NCBI GenBank assembly: GCA_049472335.1
Contig: JBLIRO010000002.1
Location: 1-64,000, forward strand
Origin: a bacterium
GTDB taxonomy: Bacteria; SZUA-182; DTGQ01; JAFGSM01
Direction: 5' to 3'
Length of the DNA: 64,000 bases
Below, in pieces: positions 55,130 through 64,000 of the stretch (positions within the stretch are counted from its first letter, which is position 1; the number at the start of each line of letters is the position of its first letter). The position numbers and the translations under genes are program-made. The notes beneath the pieces were generated by a model. The model was not told the origin of the DNA and did not search any database. It worked only from the letters and a program-made list of their open reading frames with translations.

Positions 55130-57022
55130 ATGGAGGAAGCCACAATTTTGTTCAGGAAGACTCTTAGAAGAAAAGGCTTTGGCTTTTTATATCCTTATCT
55201 AACGATATATCTTTTTTTACTTGCTTTTGCCTTTTTTCTTTTTAACGAGTTGCCCTTCATTTCCGTTCGTGTCTCGGCCCGGGATTATTCTTGTCCCCTT
55301 GTGGAAGAGATAGCCGCATTTTTCCCTGTCTTAGAAGGATACATAGTAGAGGTTAAAGGTGATATGATTTTTTTGGATCTGGGCAGACCTTCGGGTGTCA
55401 GGAAAGGTATGGAATTTCTCTGTATAAGAGAAGGGGAGGAATTCACACATCCTATGACAGGGGCCGTGCTTGGGCGCTTCGAGGACAAGCTGGGTTATAT
55501 ACAGGTTACAGAAATTAGCGAGAATTACAGTATAGGTAAAATACAGCAAAATTTTTCAGGGAAGGTTATAAAACGCGGGGATAAAATCAGAATAACGGCA
55601 TCAAAGATCCCAATAGCTCTCCCTTCGGACCTTAAATTTAATCCCAACATCGAAGCCTTTGTAAAAGGGCTTGAACAGAATGGCCGCTTCACAATCATCC
55701 CAAGGGCAAGTATCGTCTCAACCCTTAATGATATCGGCCTTTCTGATTTTAATGATTTGACTTCCGAACAGATCAAAAGGATATCTGAGAAGCTGGATAT
55801 ATCAGCCATTATTATCCCCTCAATGGAAGAATCGACCCGGAAGAATTTTATCCATGTGCGTATTATATCTGCCCGGACCGGGGCTTCCATAACCCAATTG
55901 AGCTATGAATGTGGGGAGGATAGAATGGATCAATTGTCAAATTCAGTTGATTTGACCAATCAAACACCCCAGGGTTCCGGAGATATGTCCGGGAGGTTCA
56001 GCGTCCCATTGCAGGGAGAGATTACAGATATTTCCCATTTGTCTCAACACCTTGACTTTTCAATCATTCATATGGCTATTGGAGATGTCACCGGTAATGG
56101 AATAAACGAAGTTTGCGTTAGCGATGGCAGAAATATATTCTTGTATTCATGGGAAAAAGACAGGCTTGAAAAAATTGCAGAGGTTAAAGGAACGGTGTCC
56201 GAAAATCACCTTTCTATGGATATCGCTGATATAAATGGAAACGGATGTGCTGAAATCTATGTCAGTAATATGGAAAAGGACTCATTGCAATCATTTGTAA
56301 TGGAATGGCAAAATGGCAACCTGGAAAAGATCTGGAGCAGGGCGCCCCTTTTCTTAAAGGTTATGACTGTCTATCTGGACCAAAGAATCATTTTGGGCCA
56401 GAGCAAGGGGATCGCGGAGCCCTTCGATACAAAGGTAAATGAATATAAATGGGGGAAGGATGGTTTTGTCCCTGCAAATGAGGTCGATCTTCCTCAAAAG
56501 CTAAATATTCTTAACATCGGGATGGCAGACATGGATGGGGACGGAAACAGGGAGCTTATATATTTAGATGATAAAGAGCTCAGCATTTATCGAAACGGAA
56601 AAAAGATATGGAAAAGTGATTGTGGATACGGCGGAAGGACATTATTTTTCGAGTATAAACCAAAGGGTGCTTTAGTTACGTCTGATGTAGAGATTAGGGT
56701 ATATCTTCCAAGTCATCTGTCTATTCAGGATATAAACGAAAATGGAAAACCGGATATTATGGTGATTAAAAATACCTCTTCAACAGGCGGTCTTTTCCCC
56801 CAGAGCCGGCTTTACAGGAAAGGGGAAGCCTGTCTGATTGAATGGAACGGGCTTTCATTCGCAGAGGTCTGGTGTTCTGGTGAGATTGACGCCTATTTGA
56901 CTGACGTGGCAATTGGTGATATAAATCATGACAATAATGAGGATCTCGTCTTGTCGATGGTTTTGGTAAGCGGCATTGACAAATTTTGGGAGAAGAATCC
57001 GAGCAAGGTTTTATTTTACTAG
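55130..57022 (+). CDS. Exported protein with FlgT-C-like beta domain and FG-GAP/VCBS repeats
   Basis: IFLDLG...GVRKGMEF...HPMTGAVLG; repeated GDVTGNG, ADINGNG, ADMDGDG, DINENGKPD, GDINHDNNED. Confidence 0.78.
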   Translation: MEEATILFRKTLRRKGFGFLYPYLTIYLFLLAFAFFLFNELPFISVRVSARDYSCPLVEEIAAFFPVLEGYIVEVKGDMIFLDLGRPSGVRKGMEFLCIREGEEFTHPMTGAVLGRFEDKLGYIQVTEISENYSIGKIQQNFSGKVIKRGDKIRITASKIPIALPSDLKFNPNIEAFVKGLEQNGRFTIIPRASIVSTLNDIGLSDFNDLTSEQIKRISEKLDISAIIIPSMEESTRKNFIHVRIISARTGASITQLSYECGEDRMDQLSNSVDLTNQTPQGSGDMSGRFSVPLQGEITDISHLSQHLDFSIIHMAIGDVTGNGINEVCVSDGRNIFLYSWEKDRLEKIAEVKGTVSENHLSMDIADINGNGCAEIYVSNMEKDSLQSFVMEWQNGNLEKIWSRAPLFLKVMTVYLDQRIILGQSKGIAEPFDTKVNEYKWGKDGFVPANEVDLPQKLNILNIGMADMDGDGNRELIYLDDKELSIYRNGKKIWKSDCGYGGRTLFFEYKPKGALVTSDVEIRVYLPSHLSIQDINENGKPDIMVIKNTSSTGGLFPQSRLYRKGEACLIEWNGLSFAEVWCSGEIDAYLTDVAIGDINHDNNEDLVLSMVLVSGIDKFWEKNPSKVLFY

Positions 57023-57057
57023 CATATAGATTAATTAATAAATTTGGCTTTAAAGAC

Positions 57058-57086
57058 TTGACAACTTGTATTCCCAGTGCTATATT
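57058..57086 (+). promoter_or_regulatory. Sigma70 promoter about 350 bp upstream of the porin gene
   Basis: TTGACA-N17-TATATT with an extended -10 TG. Confidence 0.6.
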
Positions 57087-57433
57087 CTCCATAATTTAAG
57101 GATTTAATTTAAAACAACATTGGTTGAGGCTTAAAAAGGGGGTATTAAAGGGGGTGGTTAATGGTCTTTAGGACTATTTAAAAATAGGGAATCGCCAACC
57201 AAGACACCCACTCATCCATATCTTTAGTTAAAAATAGGAGATGAAAAAATCCTTAATTTGTTGGAATGTGTAAAGATATTTGCCGTCATAAATAAATTTT
57301 CAAAAAGGAGGTGGTGGCCTAGACAGACACCTCGTTGATTTTCTTGTGAAGATAATCATTCATTTTATTTCTAAGTTTTTGATTTGCAGGCAGTTAGTTC
57401 AATAAAGCGAATGTCAATGTAAGGAGGAAAGGG

Positions 57434-58792
57434 ATGAAAAAAGTATTTTATTTAGCTTTTGCGGTTTTGATACTATCAGTCATGTGTTTTAATGTTATGC
57501 CTGCCAGGGCAGAAGTCACCTTCAACGGTGAGTGGAGAGTCAGGGGCTTCGCGTATGATATTAATGGTGAAAACGATGCAGTCGGAAATAGATCCGATAC
57601 AGCGTCCTTTTGGGATCAGAGGTTTCGTCTTTATATTACTGCCAAGGTGAGTGATAATTTAAAGGGCATTGTCAGGATGTTGGCCCCTAATCATGTCCCT
57701 TGTGATTATGACACCGGAGGTGGCAATAGATGGGGATACTACGATCCAAAACCGGTCCTTTGGGATGTTGCTTATTTAGACTTCGATATTCCACTTCCAG
57801 CAGCACCAGTGAATGTTAAATTAGGAAGGCAAGGAATCGACTTGGGCAATTATGTATTACTTGGGAGTTGTAGAACCTATGATTCCGTAATACTGAGCAC
57901 GGCAATCCAAAATGTCAATATTTCTTTTCTGACCGTTAAGCTTGATGAGGGTCAAAATCCTACTTATCCCGCTGATCCTAATTATGCTGGTTTTGATGAT
58001 GAGGACCTATATGGAGCTGTCCTGAGTTTCGATCCTGCCCCAAATATTAACCTTGGCATTTGGACGGTTTTTGGAAAAGATGGAGGCACAAGGTCTGGCT
58101 ATATAAGCCAAACATTGCAGTCTGTTATCGATCCTGACGATTATCCCAGTGCCGATGCATTTTGGTTAGGGGCGGCAACAAAAATGGATTTTGCTCCTAT
58201 TAAAGTCAATCTGGAATTTGATTATAGTAAAGTAAGCTTAAATAGCGATGATACTGTTACTAATCCTGATATCGATGTGACCGGATATGCCTTTTTCGGT
58301 GATATCTGCGCTGATTTGCCTGCAGTAAAATTCGGTGGTAATTTACTATATACCACTGGTGATGACAAAACTGATAGTGATTATGACTCCGATTTATTTG
58401 TCCCGATCAGCAGCTATTTTTCAGAAAGAAATGATTATGATTACATGGTCTTAAGAGAGTATATACCTAAATATTATGGTAATGGTGCATTTAAAGGTGA
58501 TCATTCTATTGGTAACCTTATTGCCATAAAATTATATGCTATGAAAGATTTAGCGCCGAAAGTAAACGGTATGATTTCAGTACAGAATTACTCATTTACC
58601 CAGGACCCGGATGGTAATGGTGGGGATGGAAAGAATATAGGTACTGAGATTGATGTAAGGTTAGTTTATAAACTTTATGATAATTTAACGCTAACCGGCG
58701 TTGGTGCTTATTGGGTCACTGACGAAGATATCTTCGGTGCCGATAATGAGAATAACTGGTTGCTAAAACAAGAGATTCTCTATAAGTTCTAA
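57434..58792 (+). CDS. Outer-membrane beta-barrel porin (alginate-export/OmpJ-like)
   Basis: Signal peptide (ARA), GEWRVRG, DQRFRL, KLGRQ, GTEID, C-terminal YKF; AGGAGG RBS. Confidence 0.8.
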   Translation: MKKVFYLAFAVLILSVMCFNVMPARAEVTFNGEWRVRGFAYDINGENDAVGNRSDTASFWDQRFRLYITAKVSDNLKGIVRMLAPNHVPCDYDTGGGNRWGYYDPKPVLWDVAYLDFDIPLPAAPVNVKLGRQGIDLGNYVLLGSCRTYDSVILSTAIQNVNISFLTVKLDEGQNPTYPADPNYAGFDDEDLYGAVLSFDPAPNINLGIWTVFGKDGGTRSGYISQTLQSVIDPDDYPSADAFWLGAATKMDFAPIKVNLEFDYSKVSLNSDDTVTNPDIDVTGYAFFGDICADLPAVKFGGNLLYTTGDDKTDSDYDSDLFVPISSYFSERNDYDYMVLREYIPKYYGNGAFKGDHSIGNLIAIKLYAMKDLAPKVNGMISVQNYSFTQDPDGNGGDGKNIGTEIDVRLVYKLYDNLTLTGVGAYWVTDEDIFGADNENNWLLKQEILYKF

Positions 58793-58810
58793 TCTTTTTA
58801 TACTAATAGG

Positions 58811-58857
58811 AATAAAAAGGAGGCCCTGGATTTCATAAATCCAGGGCCTCTTTTATT
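58811..58857. terminator. Intrinsic (bidirectional-type) terminator
   Basis: aataaaaag-gaggccctggattt-cat-aaatccagggcctc-ttttatt. Confidence 0.9.
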
Positions 58858-58981
58858 ATAACCCTATAAGCTCCTTACTTGACCCTTAAGGCATGATAAT
58901 GCTAATATAATATCCAATATATAACAACGTTTTAAATTTTTAAAGAAAATCTATACCGGTCCCTGTCAGGAGGTTAATAAA

Positions 58982-59893
58982 ATGATATATACCTTTTTTA
59001 ATGGTGAGTTTGTTCCATCGGATGATGCCAAAATTAATGTGCGAAATAATAGTTTCAATTACGGGACAGCGATTTTTGAAGGTATCAGAGGTTATTGGAA
59101 TGTCGATCATAAGCAAATGTATATAATCAAAATGAAAGAGCATTATAAGAGGCTCATGCAGGGGAGCCGTTTTTTGAATTTTAATCTTCCTTATAAGATT
59201 GAGGATTATTGTGATATTACATTAGATCTCATAAAAAGGAATAATCATAAGGAAAATACTTATATTCGCCCTTTGGTTTATTATACCCCGGACAAGATAT
59301 CTCCGAAATTCATCGGTTACGAAGCAGGATTCACCCTTTATACCGTCCCTATGGGAGATTATATAGATACATCAAAGGGAATCAGGGTCTGTGTGTCCAC
59401 GTGGAGGCGTATCTCTGACAATATGGTCCCTGCAAGGTTTAAGATGTGCGGTATATATGTAAACTCTGCACTTGCAAAAACAGAGGCGCTTGAAAGGGGC
59501 TTCGATGAAGCGATCATGCTGAACGTGGATGGTCATGTTGCAGAGGGTAGCGCAGAGAATATATTTATCATACGCGATGGCAATCTGATCACTCCGTCCT
59601 TATCGGATGATATATTGGAGGGTATCACACGTAAGGCCCTTATAACCCTCTGTGAAGAGGACCTGAACTTAAAGGTTATTGAAAGAAAAATCAATCGAAC
59701 AGAGCTATATATATGCGACGAGGCTTTCCTGTGTGGAACGGGGGCGCAGGTAGCCCCTGTTATTGAAGTGGACGGTCATAAAACAGGGGACGGCAGGATA
59801 GGATCAATTACCCGAAAGATTCAGAAACTTTATTTTGAAATAGTAAGAGGCGAAAGTAATAAATATAGTGAATGGCGGACCCCTGTTTATTAA
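58982..59893 (+). CDS. ilvE: Branched-chain amino acid aminotransferase (PLP fold IV)
   Basis: YGTAIFEGIR, YIRP, K..G.Y, EGSAENIF, ILEGITR, FLCGTGAQV. Confidence 0.93.
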   Translation: MIYTFFNGEFVPSDDAKINVRNNSFNYGTAIFEGIRGYWNVDHKQMYIIKMKEHYKRLMQGSRFLNFNLPYKIEDYCDITLDLIKRNNHKENTYIRPLVYYTPDKISPKFIGYEAGFTLYTVPMGDYIDTSKGIRVCVSTWRRISDNMVPARFKMCGIYVNSALAKTEALERGFDEAIMLNVDGHVAEGSAENIFIIRDGNLITPSLSDDILEGITRKALITLCEEDLNLKVIERKINRTELYICDEAFLCGTGAQVAPVIEVDGHKTGDGRIGSITRKIQKLYFEIVRGESNKYSEWRTPVY

Positions 59894-59945
59894 AGCAGAC
59901 AGAGGATTGTCTTCTGATTTTTCTCTGTTTAAGGATCCATAAATA

Positions 59946-60325
59946 TTAGGTCTAAGAGGACCATAAGCCGAGTTCTGTCCCCCGGTTAATAACCAGGGTG
60001 ATGATCATCAATCTTGGACATTGGTTACCCAATGCCTCTAGCGACCTACCCAAAGGCTCAGACGGGCAGCCTTCAAACGCCTTCCTATTTGGTCTTGCTC
60101 TTGGTGGGGTTTACCATGCCTTCGTTGTCACCAACGAAGCGGTGAGCTCTTACCTCGCCTTTTCACCCTTACCATACTTGTAAAAGAATGGCGGTATATT
60201 TTCTGTGGCACTTTCCTTAGGGTCACCCCCACTCCGCGTTACGGAGCACCATGCCCTATAGAGCTCGGACTTTCCTCTGACCCCAAAGAAAGGGGGCAGC
60301 GACCATCTGTTCCTCTTAGACCTAA
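59946..60325 (-). ncRNA. rnpB: RNase P RNA (type A)
   Basis: Minus strand has GAGGAAAGTCCGAGC and ACAGAACTCGGCTTA (P4); terminal P1 pairing ttaggtctaagagga/tcctcttagacctaa; ends approximate. Confidence 0.95.
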
Positions 60326-61041
60326 CTTTTTTCTTCTTTATTATAAAATAGTATACGATGGCAATTCGGACAACGAAAGATCCTGTCTTCATCGGTCTTG
60401 ATTTCTTGAAATAGTTGAGGCATTAGCGATAAATTGCAGCCGGAACACGCCCCGTCCCTTGCTCTTACAATTGCCAAACCCTTTCTGGCTTCGTATAATT
60501 TATTATATTCATTTCCCAAATCTTTTTCTATTTTCTCTTCGATCCCTTTTCTTTCGGAAACAAGATTAGCGCGATCACTTTTAGCCTTGGCAAGCCCTGT
60601 TTCTATCCGGGATTTCTCCTTTTCGAAAATTTTTCTCTTTTCTGAAACCTTTTGTTCTTCATTTTTTAATAGGGTTTGAAAATCTTCCAACTGATCAAAT
60701 AATTGAAGAATATCCTCCTCAAGGCTTGATATTAAATCCTTGCACTGCTGGATTTCATGAAGCATCGCACTGTATTCCTTGTTAGTTTTTACGGATAAAA
60801 GCTGAGTATTATATTTGCTTAGCTTAGCCTCTTCCGACTCTAATTCCCGCTCTTTCTTTCGACGATCCTTCTCCAATTCCTCTAAGCGAATCTTCGCAGA
60901 TTCCTTTGCTTCTTCTTCTTTTTGAAGGTTCTCACGAAGCTTTTCAATATCTTCGGGCATAAGGGAAATTTCTCTATCAATAATCCTTATGCGAAAATCA
61001 ATCTCTTGAAGATGGATCAAATATTCCAGTTGCGGATTCAA
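60322..61041 (-). CDS. Coiled-coil protein with C4-type zinc ribbon (DUF164/CT398-like)
   Basis: LQEID...YSAMLHEI coiled coil; CSGC...CPNCHRIL; usual neighbour of nif3 and rnpB. Confidence 0.9.
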   Translation of the reverse strand: MNPQLEYLIHLQEIDFRIRIIDREISLMPEDIEKLRENLQKEEEAKESAKIRLEELEKDRRKKERELESEEAKLSKYNTQLLSVKTNKEYSAMLHEIQQCKDLISSLEEDILQLFDQLEDFQTLLKNEEQKVSEKRKIFEKEKSRIETGLAKAKSDRANLVSERKGIEEKIEKDLGNEYNKLYEARKGLAIVRARDGACSGCNLSLMPQLFQEIKTDEDRIFRCPNCHRILFYNKEEKS

Positions 61042-61074
61042 TTCTCACCTCGCTGGTTAAAAATTATGTTCTCC

Positions 61075-61938
61075 TTATAATTCCTGAAATGGATCTTCTT
61101 CTGTGGCGGAAATATAAATTTCCAAATCCTTTCCGTATCCCCGTTCAAAAATCATATCCTTTATACGTTTCTTAAGTGCCGGCAAAATAATTCGTTCAGT
61201 GGCGAAATGCCCTCCGTCTATAAGGGCTATCTTATGACCCTGCGCCTCTCTCGCCTGATGATATTTAACATCCCCCGTGAGCAAAGCCTGCGCTCCTTTT
61301 TTAAATGTTTCTTGAATGAGGCTTGCGCCGCTTCCCGAACATACTGCCATCCTTTTTACTTCCATATGGGGATCCCCAATGAATCTTATACTTTGCAGGT
61401 CGAGAGACTCCTTAATCTCTTGGCACAAGGCCTTAAGTTTTCTGGGCTTAGAGAAATTGCCAATTCTTCCCAGACCCTTATCTAATATAGCTGAATCGTC
61501 AGTAGTTTTCAAAGTCAATGGAAAAATGTCGTCAAGGCCTACCATGCTTGCAAGATGCTCATTAATTCCCCCTATAGCCTTATCGAGGTTTGTATGCATG
61601 ACAAATAAAGACATGCCAGAGCAAATTATATTATTTATAAGGTTGCAGGGGTATTGATTATATATAAGTCTGGAAAGAGGAGAGAAGATAAGCGGATGGT
61701 GAGATAAAATTAATTCTGCCCCAATCTTTAAAGCCTCTTGTATAACAGGTTCGTAACAATCCAGACAGAGCAAAATTTTATTGATTTTCCGGTTTTGGCC
61801 CTCCGGGATAATCTGGGGGCCCACATTATCCCAGGGCTCTGCCAATTCTGGTGGCGCTATAAGATCAAAAATCTGAAAAAGATAATTCTGTTCAATAGTC
61901 ATCACCTGCCTCTTAGAGATTGAATTGGCAATAATCAA
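61075..61938 (-). CDS. Nif3-like dinuclear metal center protein (YbgI/DUF34)
   Basis: AEPWDNVG, SHHPLIF, HTNLD, CSGSG, TGDVKYH, GHFATE. Confidence 0.93.
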   Translation of the reverse strand: MIIANSISKRQVMTIEQNYLFQIFDLIAPPELAEPWDNVGPQIIPEGQNRKINKILLCLDCYEPVIQEALKIGAELILSHHPLIFSPLSRLIYNQYPCNLINNIICSGMSLFVMHTNLDKAIGGINEHLASMVGLDDIFPLTLKTTDDSAILDKGLGRIGNFSKPRKLKALCQEIKESLDLQSIRFIGDPHMEVKRMAVCSGSGASLIQETFKKGAQALLTGDVKYHQAREAQGHKIALIDGGHFATERIILPALKKRIKDMIFERGYGKDLEIYISATEEDPFQEL

Positions 61939-61954
61939 TAAATATTAAATAAAA

Positions 61955-62027
61955 TGGGCCCACCTGGGTTCGAACCAGGGACCTTCCGGTTATGAGCCGG
62001 TGGCTCTTCCAACTGAGCTATGGGCCC
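61955..62027 (-). tRNA. tRNA with CAT anticodon, most likely tRNA-Ile2 (lysidine-modified); CCA not encoded
   Basis: GGGCCCA acceptor stem, TAGCTCAGTTGGAAGAGC D-arm, CCGGCTCATAACCGG anticodon arm, GGTTCGAA T-loop; no C1:A72 mismatch, so not an initiator. Confidence 0.9.
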
Positions 62028-62133
62028 TTTAAATCATCATCTATTAGGAATCGCTTTTAAAAGCTCTGTCGATAGATATTAGCAGATTAATACTATACCT
62101 AAAATAGAGCCCGGGATCAAATCCCCCTATTAT

Positions 62134-63891
62134 TCAAAAGCTATAAAAACTTTTTAAGTGTTTGCTTCGGCTGGGGTGTCTGAGTTTCCTGAGAGCCTTT
62201 GCTTCTATCTGCCTTATCCTTTCCCTGGTGACATCAAAGTCCTGACCAACTTCCTCAAGGGTATGCTCGCAAATTTCCGATATCCCGAACCTTTTTCGGA
62301 GGACCTTTTCTTCACGATAGCTTAGGGTTTGAAGAACAAGGTCGGTCTTATCTTCTAAATTGATGTTTATAACAGAATCAAGAGGCGATTCAGCCCTTTT
62401 ATCCTCGATGAAATCTCCCAAATGGGTGTCCTCTTCCTCACCTATGGGGGTTTCAAGAGAAATGGGTTCCTGGGCTATCTTGAGCACTCTCCTGACCTTG
62501 TCCACATCCATATCCATCCTTTCAGAGATCTCTTCAGGGCTGGGTTCTCTGCCAAACTCCTGCACCAGGGCGCGTGAGGTCCTTATCAGTTTATTTATCG
62601 TTTCGATCATATGAACAGGGATTCTAATTGTTCGAGATTGATCTGCAACAGCCCTGCTAACCGCTTGTCTAATCCACCAGGTTGCATAGGTGCTGAATTT
62701 ATATCCCCGCTTATATTCGAACTTATCTACAGCCTTCATCAACCCTATATTTCCTTCTTGAATAAGATCGAGAAATTGCAGACCTCTGTTGGTGTACTTT
62801 TTGGCAATACTGACTACCAGCCTGAGATTGGCTTCCACTAACTCCTTTTTTGCCTGATCTGTTTCCCCGCAACCCTCCTCTATTTGCTGATAAATTGCTC
62901 TAAGTTGATTTCCGCTCAAACCGCTTTCCTGTTCGACCTTTTTGATCCGTCGTTTGGCGTTTTGAATGGTTCTTTCAAAACAAAGCAATTCATCAGGAGA
63001 AAAAGGAATTTCAGATTTTGATATCTCGTTTTTCTTGATCCTTCTAACATAGTCTCGCATATCATTAATTGGGATCTTCATATGGTGCTCGCATGCCTCT
63101 ATCTCGGCCAGGGAATGATCCAAATGCTCCAGAAAAAGTTTGATTCTTTCAGCAATTTGAGCTATTTGTCTAGAATCCAGCGGGATCATCCTCACCATTT
63201 TGGTTACCTGATGACGTCTGGCCTTTATCTCATTATTAATATGCTTTTTCTCAAAAGATGAGATACCCTTTCTGTTTCTTTCTTTATTTAATTGATCTAT
63301 TTCCTTCTCAATGGTCTCTATTCCCTCGATAAGTTCAATATATTTGAAGATATCTTCCTTTTGAAGAGACGCATCGATAATATCCTCCTCCTGTCCGTTC
63401 ATGTCACCTTTGTCCTGAATAAGTTTTTCTTTAAGGTAAATCAGTTCACGGCTGGCTATGGGCGTCTGAGTTATGGCTTTTAAAATTTTCAATCGACCGG
63501 ATTCTATCCTTTTCGCAATACTAACCTCATCTTCTCTGGTAAGGAGCGGGACCATCCCCATCTCCCTGAGATACATCCTTACCGGATCATCAGTGCGCCC
63601 AAGATACTCTGAAGAAAGTTCTGTATCAGAAATTTCCAGAGATTCATACTTTTCTTGTGGTTCCAACTTTTCTATTATGTGATTTTGTTTTTCCTCAGAT
63701 TCAATGACATTAATATCCATGCCGTCAAGCATGATAAATACATTGTCAATATCTGTTGAGGAGACAATATCTTCAGGTAAAGAATCATTTAAATCATCGT
63801 AAGTCAAATAACCTTTTTCCTTGCCCATAACAATAAGCTGATCCTTTACCTGCGCCAATTTCCCTTCAGCAGTCATCTTGGCTCCTTTCAT
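62134..63891 (-). CDS. rpoD: RNA polymerase primary sigma factor
   Basis: Region 1.1, [52 protein letters not shown]. Confidence 0.98.
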   Translation of the reverse strand: MKGAKMTAEGKLAQVKDQLIVMGKEKGYLTYDDLNDSLPEDIVSSTDIDNVFIMLDGMDINVIESEEKQNHIIEKLEPQEKYESLEISDTELSSEYLGRTDDPVRMYLREMGMVPLLTREDEVSIAKRIESGRLKILKAITQTPIASRELIYLKEKLIQDKGDMNGQEEDIIDASLQKEDIFKYIELIEGIETIEKEIDQLNKERNRKGISSFEKKHINNEIKARRHQVTKMVRMIPLDSRQIAQIAERIKLFLEHLDHSLAEIEACEHHMKIPINDMRDYVRRIKKNEISKSEIPFSPDELLCFERTIQNAKRRIKKVEQESGLSGNQLRAIYQQIEEGCGETDQAKKELVEANLRLVVSIAKKYTNRGLQFLDLIQEGNIGLMKAVDKFEYKRGYKFSTYATWWIRQAVSRAVADQSRTIRIPVHMIETINKLIRTSRALVQEFGREPSPEEISERMDMDVDKVRRVLKIAQEPISLETPIGEEEDTHLGDFIEDKRAESPLDSVININLEDKTDLVLQTLSYREEKVLRKRFGISEICEHTLEEVGQDFDVTRERIRQIEAKALRKLRHPSRSKHLKSFYSF

Positions 63892-64000
63892 AATGTCGTA
63901 CTTTAATAAAAACTGTTAATAAACCAAACTATACTGACAAATTAAGTGTGCAAGCGTCCTTTTTTAAACGGTCAATTTCATTTAGAAGAAGATTCTCTTC

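Noticed and set aside
59998..60392. Short ORFs 59998-60183 (+) and 60150-60392 (-)
   Set aside because: They overlap the RNase P RNA gene and are shadow ORFs.
61955..62027. tRNA as an integration site for an island
   Set aside because: Flanked by conserved housekeeping genes; no duplicated tRNA 3' end or phage integrase noticed in the window.

Overview
Bacterial chromosomal segment of moderately low GC, probably from a Gram-negative anaerobe of the Desulfobacterota/Nitrospinota-like sphere. That placement is inferred from multiheme cytochromes, sigma54 systems, a PEP-CTERM protein and the rpoD-tRNA(CAT)-nif3-zinc ribbon-rnpB synteny. The housekeeping backbone is lepB, lon, rnz-like, glnA, metG, plsY, pgsA, pfk, archease-rtcB, ilvE, rnpB, tRNA-Ile2/Met(CAT) and rpoD. 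Two accessory regions stand out. (1) About 17.5-22.9 kb holds a decaying chromosomal integron. It has a multiply inactivated intI, candidate attI/Pc/PintI sites, several attC sites, an ORF-less and highly structured first cassette, a BrnT-like toxin-antitoxin cassette, a PD-(D/E)XK-like gene, a PEP-CTERM gene and a zinc-ribbon membrane protein. A 108-bp MITE is inserted exactly at the conserved GTT/AAC of one attC. (2) About 29.1-45.6 kb holds a ~14-kb Mrp/Mbh-type cation/H+ antiporter operon with four MrpD/NuoL-like subunits and no hydrogenase or Nuo catalytic subunits. A His-rich membrane protein, a REC-GGDEF protein, a HAMP histidine kinase and an orphan solute-binding protein are built into it, partly by stop/start overlap. 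The last antiporter subunit carries 24-aa tandem repeats in its lateral-helix region. The operon is divergent, via back-to-back sigma54-like promoters, from a heme c-HAMP-CBS membrane sensor. This signalling-integrated antiporter is the best candidate for an undescribed system. All calls come from reading motifs by eye; no database searches were run.
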